In this document: positions 10,027 through 19,805 of the stretch, in pieces
Layout: each line of letters begins with the position of its first letter
Numbering within the stretch: position 1 is the first letter of the stretch
Translations under genes and position numbers: made by a program
Sequence record: PP400786
Direction: 5' to 3' (one strand)
Length of the DNA stretch: 64,000 bases
Origin: Escherichia phage FL12
The notes under the pieces: model-generated
The model's input: the letters and a program-made list of their open reading frames with translations, nothing else
Told to the model about the DNA's origin: nothing
The model's database searches: none

Positions 10027-10068
10027 TCAGTAGTTGATATTGATATAGTACCATAATCAACTACTGAT
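10027..10068. repeat. perfect 13-bp inverted repeat with 16-nt loop in intergenic region
   Basis: ATCAGTAGTTGAT ... ATCAACTACTGAT; loop contains TATAGTACCATA. Confidence 0.6.
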
Positions 10069-10097
10069 GTATATAGTTTTATGAAAAAATTTAAACT

Positions 10098-10589
10098 TTA
10101 TGCATAGCGAGCTTTGCTGTAGTGTTTAATCCAACTTTCAGGAATGACTTTGTATGTTCCTAAAAATACCGCGTTGTATAACTTAACGCCATCTTCTACC
10201 CATTGATCAGTAATGTATGCACACATAGCGCGAGTACGGTTAACAACACCTTCCTCACCTTCAGTAAATTCAAACTCATAAGGAGCAACGAACTTGATAG
10301 CTTGACCGAGTTTCCACTTAAAGTCTACACCTACATGCGAAGTATCAATCGTTTCAATTCCTTTAGCAGGAACAGCTTTCAAAAACGCAGATTCAAGAAA
10401 TTTCGCGCGAACATAACCAAACTGAGGTTTAGACTTTCCATCTTTAGGAATGATACGAACTTTTACTTCAGAATCTTCATCTTTAACGCCGTGTTTAAGC
10501 TGAATGCTTACAATTTCGACCAATTTTCCTGCTGCTTTAGAACGGGATTTATCAGATACACGAGCAATTTCACCAATATTAATAATCAT
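10098..10589 (-). CDS. MotB-like protein, paralog A
   Basis: 163 aa; C-terminal motif YITDQWVEDGVKLYNAVF shared with adjacent ORF; T4 MotB is 162 aa in this region. Confidence 0.5.
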   Translation of the reverse strand: MIINIGEIARVSDKSRSKAAGKLVEIVSIQLKHGVKDEDSEVKVRIIPKDGKSKPQFGYVRAKFLESAFLKAVPAKGIETIDTSHVGVDFKWKLGQAIKFVAPYEFEFTEGEEGVVNRTRAMCAYITDQWVEDGVKLYNAVFLGTYKVIPESWIKHYSKARYA

Positions 10590-10632
10590 AGTTATCTCTC
10601 ACTTGTTAAAAAGATTTTATACTCCACAGGAC

Positions 10633-10664
10633 CATTATACTCTGGTCCCAAGAGTTTGTAAACT
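10633..10664 (-). promoter_or_regulatory. T4-type early promoter
   Basis: Minus strand GTTTAC-AAACTCTTGGGACCAGAG-TATAAT. Confidence 0.5.
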
Positions 10665-10705
10665 ATTAATTCAAAATAGCTACCACCGCACTACGAGGTA
10701 CTACA

Positions 10706-11209
10706 CTAAAATCTCCTTGCATGGACAACGTTCAGAAGCTCAACACCATCTTCAATCCACTGGTCTGTTACCCAACCACAGACCGAAATAAATGGGGTCT
10801 TGATAGCTACTGCACGAGTTAGAAGGTCAGTAGGATCAACTTCTTTGAAGAGGATAAGCTCTGCTTCAAAGACTATAGTTTTAATTACTTCATCATTATC
10901 TAAGCGATGTGCTCGAATCACGTAAGCTTTATTCTTATCATACCAATTACTTTTTGAAAAACTTTTAACCACAAACTCACCTTCACCAAAAACACTGGTC
11001 AATGCTTTATAACCCAAATTTAATTCAGTAGTTTTAATTTCAGTTTCAACCAGTTTGTAGGTTTTGCCAGTTTCGATGGTCCGAGCAGTCATAAATGTTT
11101 CCTTAATTTCCAGTGGTTTAACAGGGCATACATAAGTGCTTACAACATCAAAATCAATCAGTTTAGCTACCGGATTTGGTATGTATTCAAGATTATAATT
11201 AAATTTCAT
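10706..11209 (-). CDS. MotB-like protein, paralog B
   Basis: 167 aa; C-terminal GWVTDQWIEDGVELLNVV homologous to 10098-10589. Confidence 0.5.
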   Translation of the reverse strand: MKFNYNLEYIPNPVAKLIDFDVVSTYVCPVKPLEIKETFMTARTIETGKTYKLVETEIKTTELNLGYKALTSVFGEGEFVVKSFSKSNWYDKNKAYVIRAHRLDNDEVIKTIVFEAELILFKEVDPTDLLTRAVAIKTPFISVCGWVTDQWIEDGVELLNVVHARRF

Positions 11210-11211
11210 AA

Positions 11212-11751
11212 TTATCTCATTTCAATAAAATCTACGAGTTCAGCATGCGATTTGCGGAACATTACTTGATGCCCACCAATGATAACTTCATCTTCAGGAA
11301 CTTCGTATACAGCGAGATAAAATCCTTTAGAAGATAATTCTTCCCGCTCTTCTCGTGTGAACCATCTCATCATATCATATTCGCTAGCGAAAGCAAAATG
11401 ATAAAGAGCTATAAACCATCCTGGAATATGATATTCTACTCCAACATAATCTTTCTTGAACTTAGTATTAATTACTATATTAGCGTTTTTAACTAATAGT
11501 TTATCTTCGTGTGGTAAAGGAATTCTTTTATTATTATCGCTATGATGCATAAAATTAGGTCTGTCATAACCTACGTGTAATAGCCACTCTTCGCTCCATG
11601 AATCTATTATACTCCTGTATGGCGTTATTTGAACACAAAGATTTCGACGTATTGTTATAGCATCTTCACAATTAAGAATACTAAACGATGATTCAACACG
11701 GTAAATTTTCATTTTATTATCCTCAGTAGCTATGGTGTTATAATACCACAA
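11212..11751 (-). CDS. hypothetical protein
   Basis: 179 aa ORF downstream of early promoter. Confidence 0.5.
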   Translation of the reverse strand: MWYYNTIATEDNKMKIYRVESSFSILNCEDAITIRRNLCVQITPYRSIIDSWSEEWLLHVGYDRPNFMHHSDNNKRIPLPHEDKLLVKNANIVINTKFKKDYVGVEYHIPGWFIALYHFAFASEYDMMRWFTREEREELSSKGFYLAVYEVPEDEVIIGGHQVMFRKSHAELVDFIEMR

Positions 11752-11775
11752 CTAACCGAGGAAGTAAACAACTTT

Positions 11776-12459
11776 TTATCGTTTTGTTGGAAGAGATAGA
11801 GGATCGCATTCTTCCTCTGATGGAGCATCTTCAAGACCCATAGCATAGCGCAAAGCATACTTCATCATCAGGATGTCTTTCGCACAGTCATGAATAGAAT
11901 CATGTGCAACGAATCCATCTAAAGTTCCCTTTGGAAGGGGGCATGTGGTCATATCACGAACAAGCAGAAGTGCTTCAATTCTGGTACGAATATCACGCTG
12001 ATTCCAAAATTTACAAGGTTCTAACTTAAATGTATCAAGCTCATTCTCAGAAACGCCATTAAGACGTTGAATATCACGAATGAGATCGACTAAAATTGGA
12101 AAATCAAACGACATTCCACGGCACCAGCCTTGAGATTTCCAAGGATCGATATTATGTGCATTGATGTAATCATTAAATTTTGCAATACCATCGATAGTGC
12201 TTACATCTTCATCGGATGGTGCAATATTTTTTCGAGCTTCAGGAGACTGATTTTTCCACCATTCGATAGTGCTTTTAGTAAAAAGACGATGTCCTTTTTG
12301 GCTTTTTAAATCAAATTTGATTTTAATGCCACGTGAAACTAATTCATCAAATGTTTCAACTACTTCTGGGTTAGGGTCAAAAGCAATTACAGCCAAATCA
12401 ATAACAGCTGCTTTTTCACCGCTTCCCATTGTTTCAAAATCTATAATAAAATCAAACAT
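11776..12459 (-). CDS. dexA: exonuclease A DexA (DEDD-type 3'-5' exonuclease)
   Basis: 227 aa as T4 DexA; N-terminal DFETMG exonuclease motif. Confidence 0.8.
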   Translation of the reverse strand: MFDFIIDFETMGSGEKAAVIDLAVIAFDPNPEVVETFDELVSRGIKIKFDLKSQKGHRLFTKSTIEWWKNQSPEARKNIAPSDEDVSTIDGIAKFNDYINAHNIDPWKSQGWCRGMSFDFPILVDLIRDIQRLNGVSENELDTFKLEPCKFWNQRDIRTRIEALLLVRDMTTCPLPKGTLDGFVAHDSIHDCAKDILMMKYALRYAMGLEDAPSEEECDPLSLPTKR

Positions 12460-12734
12460 TAAATTTTCCTCGCTAAATCACGAATTTGGCCTACAGTATA
12501 GTCTTGAATATAAACTTTATTAATAGGTTCATCAATAAATTTTGCCATAGATTCAATGTCTTTTTGCATCTCTTCAAGACTGTATATTATCTTTAAAGCT
12601 TTTTCGCGAATAGTAACATTATCAGGTCCTGAATTTTCTTGAATGACAGCTTTAACATTTGCCGTAAGAGATTTAAACTGATGCAAACTTAATTCAATCA
12701 TTAATAACCGCCTTATAAAGATGGCTAATTTCAC
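12459..12734 (-). CDS. hypothetical small protein (dexA.1-like)
   Basis: 91 aa; shares YxxDYxxGxIxxL pattern with next ORF. Confidence 0.45.
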   Translation of the reverse strand: MKLAIFIRRLLMIELSLHQFKSLTANVKAVIQENSGPDNVTIREKALKIIYSLEEMQKDIESMAKFIDEPINKVYIQDYTVGQIRDLARKI

Positions 12735-12954
12735 CTAAAACATAATCACTGATTGTAACAGTTTTCACTTCGCCGCAAAAGAATTCTAACGCAATCAAAT
12801 CTCGTTCAATTTCTTCCAATTGAAGCATTAACTTGCCTGATTCAATTTTCACGTTTTTGCGATTTTTACTATAAGCTATTTCATAAATTTCGCTCACTTT
12901 ATCTTGAAGCAGATAAAACTGGTCTTTAGTTATTTCCACGAATAGCTTCCTCAA
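12694..12954 (-). CDS. hypothetical small protein (dexA.2-like), paralog of previous
   Basis: 86 aa. Confidence 0.45.
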   Translation of the reverse strand: MRKLFVEITKDQFYLLQDKVSEIYEIAYSKNRKNVKIESGKLMLQLEEIERDLIALEFFCGEVKTVTISDYVLGEISHLYKAVIND

Positions 12955-13186
12955 ATTTAATCAGCAACTTACAGACACTTTCATCTAATGTAATTACCGT
13001 ATCTGTATTACTGTGATATGATTGTTTTTCAATTCGTTTAATTGCTAGTATAGTATCACTTATAAGATTAAGCTTATAAAGGAGCTCAGCTCCTGTTACC
13101 ATAACACTGAGGTTATCTTGCTTATCAGTGTGCTTCTTTATACCATCTATTAGACGATTTAAATATTTTGAATTGATGTTAATCAT
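12926..13186 (-). CDS. hypothetical small protein
   Basis: 86 aa ORF. Confidence 0.45.
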   Translation of the reverse strand: MININSKYLNRLIDGIKKHTDKQDNLSVMVTGAELLYKLNLISDTILAIKRIEKQSYHSNTDTVITLDESVCKLLIKFEEAIRGNN

Positions 13187-13192
13187 ATATCC

Positions 13193-14512
13193 TCACACAT
13201 AAAACACATCATAACGACCACGAGTGACACCAACATAAAGAAGCTGCTGAGCCAATTCAGCATCTGCATAATGAATACAAGGCGTATAGATGAAAGCACG
13301 GTCTACAGACATACCCTGCGCTTTATGGAATGTTGATGCAGGAAGTGCTTTCACTTTACTAAACTGTGATTTAGCATCCCAAAAATCACTCCACGGAGCT
13401 TTTCCACCTTTATTCCAATTTTTATAAGTTTCTGCTGTTTTACCTAAAAATAGGTTAAACTTATATAGCTCTTCATCAGATGAAATTATTTTAATCTTTT
13501 CACGATAATATTCATCATCGCCGTAAGTTTCTACTGTTAAATCCCAATGACGAATTAGATATTCTCCAGGAACACCACGAGCTTTAACAAACGTTGATGT
13601 ATACTCTGCTTCTATAATACGAACTAATTGTCCGTTATTAAAAATAATTTCTGACACAGGCTTTCCATCAATTTTATATGTTTTAATTAATGGTTCCTGC
13701 ATTACAATAATTTCACCGACAATAAAATCTTTATCAGTTTCAAAAATCTTTTTACGAATAATGCTATTTAACTTGTCAACAGATTTATTCGTAAATGCCA
13801 TTACGCGATTTTCAAACAAATCATCTAAAGATTTGACGATTGAAAAATAATTTACCATAAAATCGCGTAAAGCGGTATCACCAGTAAATCCACGTACTCC
13901 ATGCCCGTCAACAACTTTATCATAAATCCACTTACCGTTACGAACATCAGTAGCTACATCAATAATAGGAGCATTACTGCGTTTAACTTCAGTGAGTTCA
14001 CACTGATAAAAATCTTTGTGTGTAAAGAACGGACTGATATAAGCAGTGTTTTCTCCTGGGTCAACAGGTCTAATTTGCTTATTATCGCCTATTCCAATTA
14101 TAGTACACCAAGGTGGGATAGTTGAAAGCAGAATTTTAAATAGCTTTCTATCATACATTGACACTTCATCGCAGATTAATACTCTGCATTTAGCTAAATC
14201 TGGTACTTCCTTCTGTTCAAAAAGAACATTTTCTTCATATGTTACTGGGTTAATTTTAAGAATACTATGAATAGTACTTGCTTCTTTCCCTGATAGTTTT
14301 GAAAGAATCTTTTTAGCTGCATGAGTAGGAGCTGCCAAAATGATACCAGTTTCACCCGTAGATATTAAAGCTTCAATGATGAACTTAGTAAGAGTAGTCT
14401 TACCGGTACCAGCAGGTCCATTAATAGTTACATGATGTTTCTTTTCTTTAATAGCCTTCATAACAATGTTAAAGGCATTTTTCTGGCCTTCGGTCAAATC
14501 ATCAAATGTCAT
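13193..14512 (-). CDS. dda: Dda DNA helicase (SF1)
   Basis: 439 aa as T4 Dda; Walker A GPAGTGKTT; helicase motifs. Confidence 0.85.
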   Translation of the reverse strand: MTFDDLTEGQKNAFNIVMKAIKEKKHHVTINGPAGTGKTTLTKFIIEALISTGETGIILAAPTHAAKKILSKLSGKEASTIHSILKINPVTYEENVLFEQKEVPDLAKCRVLICDEVSMYDRKLFKILLSTIPPWCTIIGIGDNKQIRPVDPGENTAYISPFFTHKDFYQCELTEVKRSNAPIIDVATDVRNGKWIYDKVVDGHGVRGFTGDTALRDFMVNYFSIVKSLDDLFENRVMAFTNKSVDKLNSIIRKKIFETDKDFIVGEIIVMQEPLIKTYKIDGKPVSEIIFNNGQLVRIIEAEYTSTFVKARGVPGEYLIRHWDLTVETYGDDEYYREKIKIISSDEELYKFNLFLGKTAETYKNWNKGGKAPWSDFWDAKSQFSKVKALPASTFHKAQGMSVDRAFIYTPCIHYADAELAQQLLYVGVTRGRYDVFYV

Positions 14513-14820
14513 CGTAAATTCCCTGCAATTGGAATACTAACAATACGCCCAGTATCTAAAATTCGCTGATATAATCTTTGTGTGTCTACGTCAGGCTTAA
14601 CATGTTTAACTTCTATTTTATTAAACCAAAATTTACGTGGAGTCTCAACTAATCTCGGAATTCCCATACCTAAAGCTAGTCGATACTGCTCTTTAAGAGT
14701 TGTAAAAACTTTATCAGCAATCTCCCTTTCAAAAAATACAGCAGGGCGGTGTTCATCAAGAGGAACTGGCGCCGTAAATCCGTCTTTGTCTCGGTAAACT
14801 ATCGCGTATACATAAACCAT
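14509..14820 (-). CDS. hypothetical protein (dda.1 position)
   Basis: 103 aa ORF overlapping dda start by 4 nt. Confidence 0.5.
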   Translation of the reverse strand: MVYVYAIVYRDKDGFTAPVPLDEHRPAVFFEREIADKVFTTLKEQYRLALGMGIPRLVETPRKFWFNKIEVKHVKPDVDTQRLYQRILDTGRIVSIPIAGNLR

Positions 14821-14821
14821 A

Positions 14822-15568
14822 TTATCCTCGGATAAGTTTAAAAATTGAACAATTTAGCGGGTATCCTCTTTTCAGTTTAAGTTTATCAATAAAAGACAAA
14901 TTTTGATACCGCTCTACACCTTGAATAATTTTATCACACATATCATATTGCATTTCTGCTTCTGACAACTTTTTCACAATTTTCCAATCCGAGCCTTTAA
15001 GAAGAACATTCAGTTTAACAACTTCAGCGCCTTCTGCTATGCGAGAACCATCAATACGTGCTTTAAGTGCTATAATCCTTAGCTTAATGTCAGAGGTCTG
15101 TTTTGATTTAGAAAGCTGAGAAATGTGTTCAATTCGGTTTTCACGTTTTTTCTGTATAGCTTTAATTTGATTATAAGTCTTTTTGATTTTAGCCCATTTC
15201 TTTTCATCTAAATTTAGTTTATGAACTTTTTTCGCAGATGAACGACCAATTCGCAAAGCAAATAAATCCCGTTTTTCAATCAACTCCTCTAAAGTATAAT
15301 CAGAACGAAATGTATTATACTTTTTCTTTACTGCAATAACATTCCCTTTAATGTATCCAACGTTATTATCAAAACGTTCTAATGATAATTTCTCTCCTTC
15401 AATACGATTATCAAAAGGTTCTCCCGAGTAAGCACAAACTTTTTGATCTAAAATGTTCTTAATGTAATTGAAGTCTAAGTTAAAATCTTTAGAACGTCTT
15501 TTTGCAGATGCCTGAGTATGCTCTAAACGACGTTTAATTTTACGAATTTGGTTATTAGACAGCTTCAT
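14822..15568 (-). CDS. Srd-like protein (by position/size); contains an HNH_3-like segment
   Basis: 248 aa; motif SLERFDNNVGYIKGNVIAV resembles HNH_3 nuclease core; very basic. Confidence 0.4.
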   Translation of the reverse strand: MKLSNNQIRKIKRRLEHTQASAKRRSKDFNLDFNYIKNILDQKVCAYSGEPFDNRIEGEKLSLERFDNNVGYIKGNVIAVKKKYNTFRSDYTLEELIEKRDLFALRIGRSSAKKVHKLNLDEKKWAKIKKTYNQIKAIQKKRENRIEHISQLSKSKQTSDIKLRIIALKARIDGSRIAEGAEVVKLNVLLKGSDWKIVKKLSEAEMQYDMCDKIIQGVERYQNLSFIDKLKLKRGYPLNCSIFKLIRG

Positions 15569-15691
15569 ATTTTTCTCACATCTTACGGACGGTTAACTAC
15601 TTATACTATAACATTTTTACTTTAACTTGTAAACAACTTTATGTAAAAATGCTTTAAAAATTTCATGGTATAATGAATCTAAGTCCTTCCA

Positions 15692-16294
15692 TTATAGATT
15701 AAATCCTTCAAAATCAAGAGTATAGATAGTGTATGTTGAATACTTTTTGTACTCATATCTATCTGCAATTCTAAATACACTTCCAGCTGGTATCATTACT
15801 TCTTGTTCATCTGAAACTAATTCCATATTACGATAACGATGGCTATCTGGAAACTTAAAACTTGGACTATATTCTTTACAACGTAGAGCTTTTATAGCAT
15901 ACTCCTGGAAATTAAACACCATAGGAGCTTTGAATTCAAAAATAACTTGTGTGTTGTATTCTAATCCAGAAGCAAAATGTAGAGCTATATTTTTATCATA
16001 TGAAGCTGATACTACTTTATCAAATGTAATAATATCAATTCCTTGATTTAACACCTGTTTAGTCTCAACTGGAACACCTCTCCAAAGAGGTTTATCGTTT
16101 GGAACCAAACGAGATTTGATTATTTCATTTAACCAAGAATGATCGTCTGGCTTATTAGTAATACAATGAATTAAAAGTTCAATTTCGGATAAATTAAATC
16201 CTTCAGAAAGTAATTCTTCACGAATAGAAGCACGCACCGATGCATCCATTGATTTGATTTTAAAATCTTTTAATTGCATTGCTGAATATTTCAT
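15692..16294 (-). CDS. modA: ADP-ribosyltransferase ModA
   Basis: 200 aa as T4 ModA; R (LWRG), S-x-S and ExE-like (EQEVMIP) ART motifs; tandem with modB. Confidence 0.65.
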   Translation of the reverse strand: MKYSAMQLKDFKIKSMDASVRASIREELLSEGFNLSEIELLIHCITNKPDDHSWLNEIIKSRLVPNDKPLWRGVPVETKQVLNQGIDIITFDKVVSASYDKNIALHFASGLEYNTQVIFEFKAPMVFNFQEYAIKALRCKEYSPSFKFPDSHRYRNMELVSDEQEVMIPAGSVFRIADRYEYKKYSTYTIYTLDFEGFNL

Positions 16295-16926
16295 TCAACT
16301 ACCTCAATATCATACACTTTAAATGTTCCAAACGAATCGTGTAATTTTTCTTTTGAAATAGAAGTTATTTTATACTTTCCAATTGGAATCATCCATTCTT
16401 GTTCACGTACAATCATCATTAAGTTATCAGTACGTTCTGAATCTAATCCATCTGTATCTTCATATGTATACTTAAACTCAGTATTAGGAGAAGAAAGTAT
16501 AATATCGCTGATATGGTCAGAATAATTAAAAGCTTTATCAGTTTTTAAGCGAAATATTATTTCAGTGAAATACTCAAAATAAGAAAAACCACATGCTGTG
16601 TGCAAACTAGTAGTAAATGAATCTACTCTGTTCGTTGAAAACACTTCTCCGACTTGTAAATCTTTAATGAGTTCTTTTGTCGATTTTGATATACCACGAT
16701 ATAACTGATAAGGCGATTTAGTTAAATGCTTTTTAACGATTTTATTCAACTGTTGATGAAGAGCTTCATTCTTTTTGGCTTCCATACATTGCCAAAGAAC
16801 TGACTGTTCAAAGTCAGTAAATTTTTCACAGACCTTTTTATACATATCATATTGAAAATCAACACTTTCAGCTTTTATAGATAATTGTTCAACATCTGCA
16901 AGATTAATAATCATGATAGCCTCCAT
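16291..16926 (-). CDS. modB: ADP-ribosyltransferase ModB
   Basis: 211 aa; paralog of ModA (QLYRG, EQEWMIPIG). Confidence 0.65.
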   Translation of the reverse strand: MEAIMIINLADVEQLSIKAESVDFQYDMYKKVCEKFTDFEQSVLWQCMEAKKNEALHQQLNKIVKKHLTKSPYQLYRGISKSTKELIKDLQVGEVFSTNRVDSFTTSLHTACGFSYFEYFTEIIFRLKTDKAFNYSDHISDIILSSPNTEFKYTYEDTDGLDSERTDNLMMIVREQEWMIPIGKYKITSISKEKLHDSFGTFKVYDIEVVE

Positions 16927-16939
16927 ATACTTCAGAAGC

Positions 16940-16971
16940 TATCATATCATTGTTAGGAAGGAAAGTAAACA
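16940..16971 (-). promoter_or_regulatory. T4-type early promoter upstream of modB
   Basis: Minus strand GTTTAC plus 18 nt plus TATGAT. Confidence 0.4.
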
Positions 16972-16981
16972 ACTTTTTGAA

Positions 16982-17164
16982 TTATTTTGCCCAGGGAGCC
17001 CAGGGCGGAGGGTCAAGATGGTATGAAGCTAGTTCTTCTAGAAGAGCATCTGGGGCTTCAATTCCATAATTCTGTAATACTATACGGTACTCTTTCTTAT
17101 AATCACTAGAATCATTCTGGATATTCGTAGAATGATTATCTTCTAACATCTCAAATAAATCCAT
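16982..17164 (-). CDS. hypothetical small protein
   Basis: 60 aa ORF. Confidence 0.4.
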   Translation of the reverse strand: MDLFEMLEDNHSTNIQNDSSDYKKEYRIVLQNYGIEAPDALLEELASYHLDPPPWAPWAK

Positions 17165-17172
17165 ATTAATTC

Positions 17173-17655
17173 CTAGCGATAAAAACCAAACCGACGATTA
17201 GTTTCAATAATCTTTCTTTCTTCTTCGGACATTCTCCAGCGTAGTCCAACATCAAAATGAGCCCAGACCATCTTAACAAATGCATTTATATCTTTAATAT
17301 CTTCAATAATGAATGTTTTACTTTTAGAAGGTTGACCTGCTAAATTAAGTGCTAATTTAACTTTATCGTCTTCAAACATGTCAAAAAGACCATATTCATG
17401 AGCTCTTTTATAGCCTTTAATAGTTAAAGCTTCGGAAGAAGAAAACGGTGAATCTGTATTCTGCAAAATATCTTCAGTATGCTTTATAATTAGAATAACA
17501 TTTTCTGGATATTTTCTTTCTTTTATATCTTTAATTAAAATATCCGGATTTTCTGCTAAAGGAATAATTAACGAGCATTTTTTATCAAGTGTATTTACTG
17601 ATTTACCTTCTTTAGACATAAATTCTATTGAATAATGTTTTGCTACTTCAATCAT
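17173..17655 (-). CDS. hypothetical protein
   Basis: 160 aa ORF. Confidence 0.5.
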   Translation of the reverse strand: MIEVAKHYSIEFMSKEGKSVNTLDKKCSLIIPLAENPDILIKDIKERKYPENVILIIKHTEDILQNTDSPFSSSEALTIKGYKRAHEYGLFDMFEDDKVKLALNLAGQPSKSKTFIIEDIKDINAFVKMVWAHFDVGLRWRMSEEERKIIETNRRFGFYR

Positions 17656-17808
17656 GGGATTTCCTTTTGCCTACTAATGGACCATCGGGAATTTTGTTTT
17701 CCTGAATGTATTTCTCATTTTCTTCCATCATTTTACTACCGATTTTAAGAAGCAAATCCAAGGCTTCATTTGCTTTTGCTTTGGCCTCTTCTAACGTCAT
17801 ATCTTTGC

Positions 17809-18012
17809 TCATGATTTATCACCGTAAATATCTCTCATTAATTTAAGAGCTGAGCGCTCTAATTTCTTTTCTTGCTCAGCTTTAATCATAGATTTCATCC
17901 ACTCTTCTGATTCGTTCTGCATTTCTTTATTTGCTTGTTCAACCCAGCCATCGTCAATATACATTGAGTTTGATCTATTGAACCATTCAAGCATTTTCTT
18001 CAGAACTTTCAT
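17809..18012 (-). CDS. hypothetical small protein
   Basis: 67 aa ORF. Confidence 0.45.
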   Translation of the reverse strand: MKVLKKMLEWFNRSNSMYIDDGWVEQANKEMQNESEEWMKSMIKAEQEKKLERSALKLMRDIYGDKS

Positions 18013-18021
18013 TTGTTTTAC

Positions 18022-18489
18022 CTAAAACAATAGTAGGAGCATCGTCAAATTCATGAATTTTAGCAATTTTGGATTTAAATTATTCCATACATAATAAATA
18101 AAGTATGATAAAGCATCTTCACTCGCAATTATAAATTTATTTCCTTTATCTATTTTCCAACTATATAATGAATCGTACGAATAGAAAGATAAAGGTTTAT
18201 CATTATATTGTTCTGCGCTAACATTAATGTATTCGGATTTAGTAAATGCTTCAATTGCTCTAAACGGAATATTTGGTACAGTTTCAATAATACCAATCTT
18301 TTTAAGTTTTATTTCAGCATCTTCTGGAACTGGCATTGAAACGAAATTTTCTACGAGATACATAGGGTTACAATAACCCTTATCAATCACTACGGCTACA
18401 GTAATTGGAACATCTTTAGCAAACGACATGCTATTACTGCTAATATACATTTCAAACAAAATCGCTTCCATAATTTTCCTCAATCGCAA
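18022..18489 (-). CDS. hypothetical protein
   Basis: 155 aa ORF (true start may be a downstream ATG). Confidence 0.45.
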   Translation of the reverse strand: MRLRKIMEAILFEMYISSNSMSFAKDVPITVAVVIDKGYCNPMYLVENFVSMPVPEDAEIKLKKIGIIETVPNIPFRAIEAFTKSEYINVSAEQYNDKPLSFYSYDSLYSWKIDKGNKFIIASEDALSYFIYYVWNNLNPKLLKFMNLTMLLLLF

Positions 18490-18821
18490 GATGTAGATGA
18501 ACAGCCAGAATCACAAGAACTTCCACATGAATCGCCCATCCATACATGAACAGGAACATTAGTATCATATGAATCAGAACTAGACTGTGTATTCTGTGCA
18601 TTAGATGATGTAGTAGGTACTGACCAGCGCCAAGGATTTTTATAATATTCTTGGGCTTCTTCATAAGTCATAGTAACTGCTTCTACTGTTCCATCTCCCA
18701 TATAAACATACTCAACTACAGTTAAAGGAAGATAGTCATTTGAAATAGGAACTACACCTTCTCCGGGAGTTGTAGAGAAAAAATCTGTAAAGAAACTTTT
18801 AAACCAATTAAAGATAAACAT
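18480..18821 (-). CDS. hypothetical protein with Cys/Ser-rich C-terminal tail
   Basis: 113 aa; C-terminus [18 protein letters not shown]. Confidence 0.5.
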   Translation of the reverse strand: MFIFNWFKSFFTDFFSTTPGEGVVPISNDYLPLTVVEYVYMGDGTVEAVTMTYEEAQEYYKNPWRWSVPTTSSNAQNTQSSSDSYDTNVPVHVWMGDSCGSSCDSGCSSTSCD

Positions 18822-19027
18822 TACAAAAAGCCTCTCTTGAATTCGACTTGCTTTTCGCCATAATCATATCGAATCTCTGCATTAAATTCGACAGAACCAT
18901 CTGCGTACATCATAAATGAATGCACAACAACTTCTGTGGACCATGGCTGCAGTTCATATTTCTTCATTACATGCCGTGAAATGATAATATCTAAATCTTC
19001 ATTTGGTTTAATCCAACGATTTAACAT
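18821..19027 (-). CDS. hypothetical small protein
   Basis: 68 aa ORF. Confidence 0.45.
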   Translation of the reverse strand: MLNRWIKPNEDLDIIISRHVMKKYELQPWSTEVVVHSFMMYADGSVEFNAEIRYDYGEKQVEFKRGFL

Positions 19028-19052
19028 AGTGCTCTCCTCTATAAGATAATTC

Positions 19053-19084
19053 TATTATACCATACTCATTTTGATATGTAAACT
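19053..19084 (-). promoter_or_regulatory. T4-type early promoter
   Basis: Minus strand GTTTAC-ATATCAAAATGAGTATGG-TATAAT. Confidence 0.5.
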
Positions 19085-19098
19085 GCAAAAACGAAAAA

Positions 19099-19118
19099 AG
19101 GAACCCCGAAGGATTCCT
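19099..19118 (-). terminator. UUCG-tetraloop hairpin after soc
   Basis: Imperfect stem around CUUCGG loop; U-rich tail. Confidence 0.5.
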
Positions 19119-19124
19119 TAAATT

Positions 19125-19382
19125 TTAACCACCAATACCTGGAGTTGGCGTAACAGTCCAAAGACCTTCATTAGCAGTAATCCATTCAGTACGCTGATTT
19201 TCTTCATATACTGTAGAATATGCTGCTTTTTCAGAAGGGAATGTCTGATAATGAGCACCAGAAATTTTGTGAACATCAGAATAAAGAGGGAAAGCTACAG
19301 AAATTTCTTTACCCTGAATTGTACCACCATCAACTGCTTGGTCAAATGTTTTGATATTAACATAACCGCGAGTACTAGCCAT
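19125..19382 (-). CDS. soc: small outer capsid protein Soc
   Basis: 85 aa; N-terminus MASTRGYVNIKTF... matches remembered T4 Soc; TATAAATA late promoter upstream. Confidence 0.8.
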   Translation of the reverse strand: MASTRGYVNIKTFDQAVDGGTIQGKEISVAFPLYSDVHKISGAHYQTFPSEKAAYSTVYEENQRTEWITANEGLWTVTPTPGIGG

Positions 19383-19398
19383 GTAATTCTCCTTTTAT

Positions 19399-19608
19399 TT
19401 AAATTACATGATTATTTATAATAAATTCTCGCGGAACGTTAAAATATCCGATTTTAGTTAATATAACAACATCACCGTTAATAATTACCGGAGAATAATC
19501 TTCTGGAGCATTAAATTTCCAATGGGCTCTAATATTATATCCATCAGAACCAAATGCTCGAGTAGCCGGTCTCCCGGCTTTTTGCCACGCGTAGAAATCA
19601 AATTTCAT
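19399..19608 (-). CDS. hypothetical small protein
   Basis: 69 aa ORF. Confidence 0.45.
   Translation of the reverse strand: MKFDFYAWQKAGRPATRAFGSDGYNIRAHWKFNAPEDYSPVIINGDVVILTKIGYFNVPREFIINNHVI
19414..19421 (-). promoter_or_regulatory. late promoter TATAAATA upstream of soc
   Basis: Plus-strand TATTTATA about 35 nt upstream of soc start; soc is a capsid (late) gene. Confidence 0.5.
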
Positions 19609-19805
19609 TTTGAATGCTCTATAATTAATTTTAAGGCTTCTTCGCTGACAAAAATTTCGTCAGGACCTTCTTCTATAACCCAATCAACCATACGAAGTTG
19701 ATTAGTTAAGAGCTCACATACGAGCTCCTTGTTATAATCTTTAAATAGCTGGTTAATACGTTTCTTATGGGCTTTCTTAAGCTGACGCTTATTTAAACGA
19801 GCCAT
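19605..19805 (-). CDS. hypothetical small basic protein
   Basis: 66 aa ORF. Confidence 0.45.
   Translation of the reverse strand: MARLNKRQLKKAHKKRINQLFKDYNKELVCELLTNQLRMVDWVIEEGPDEIFVSEEALKLIIEHSK

Noticed and set aside
15640-15690. Plus-strand extended -10-like element (TGGTATAAT) in the srd-modA intergenic region
   Set aside because: No matching -35 element or plus-strand gene downstream; probably chance in AT-rich DNA.
18452-18664. 70-aa histidine/leucine-rich ORF
   Set aside because: Alternate frame entirely within the 18480-18821 ORF region; low-complexity translation.
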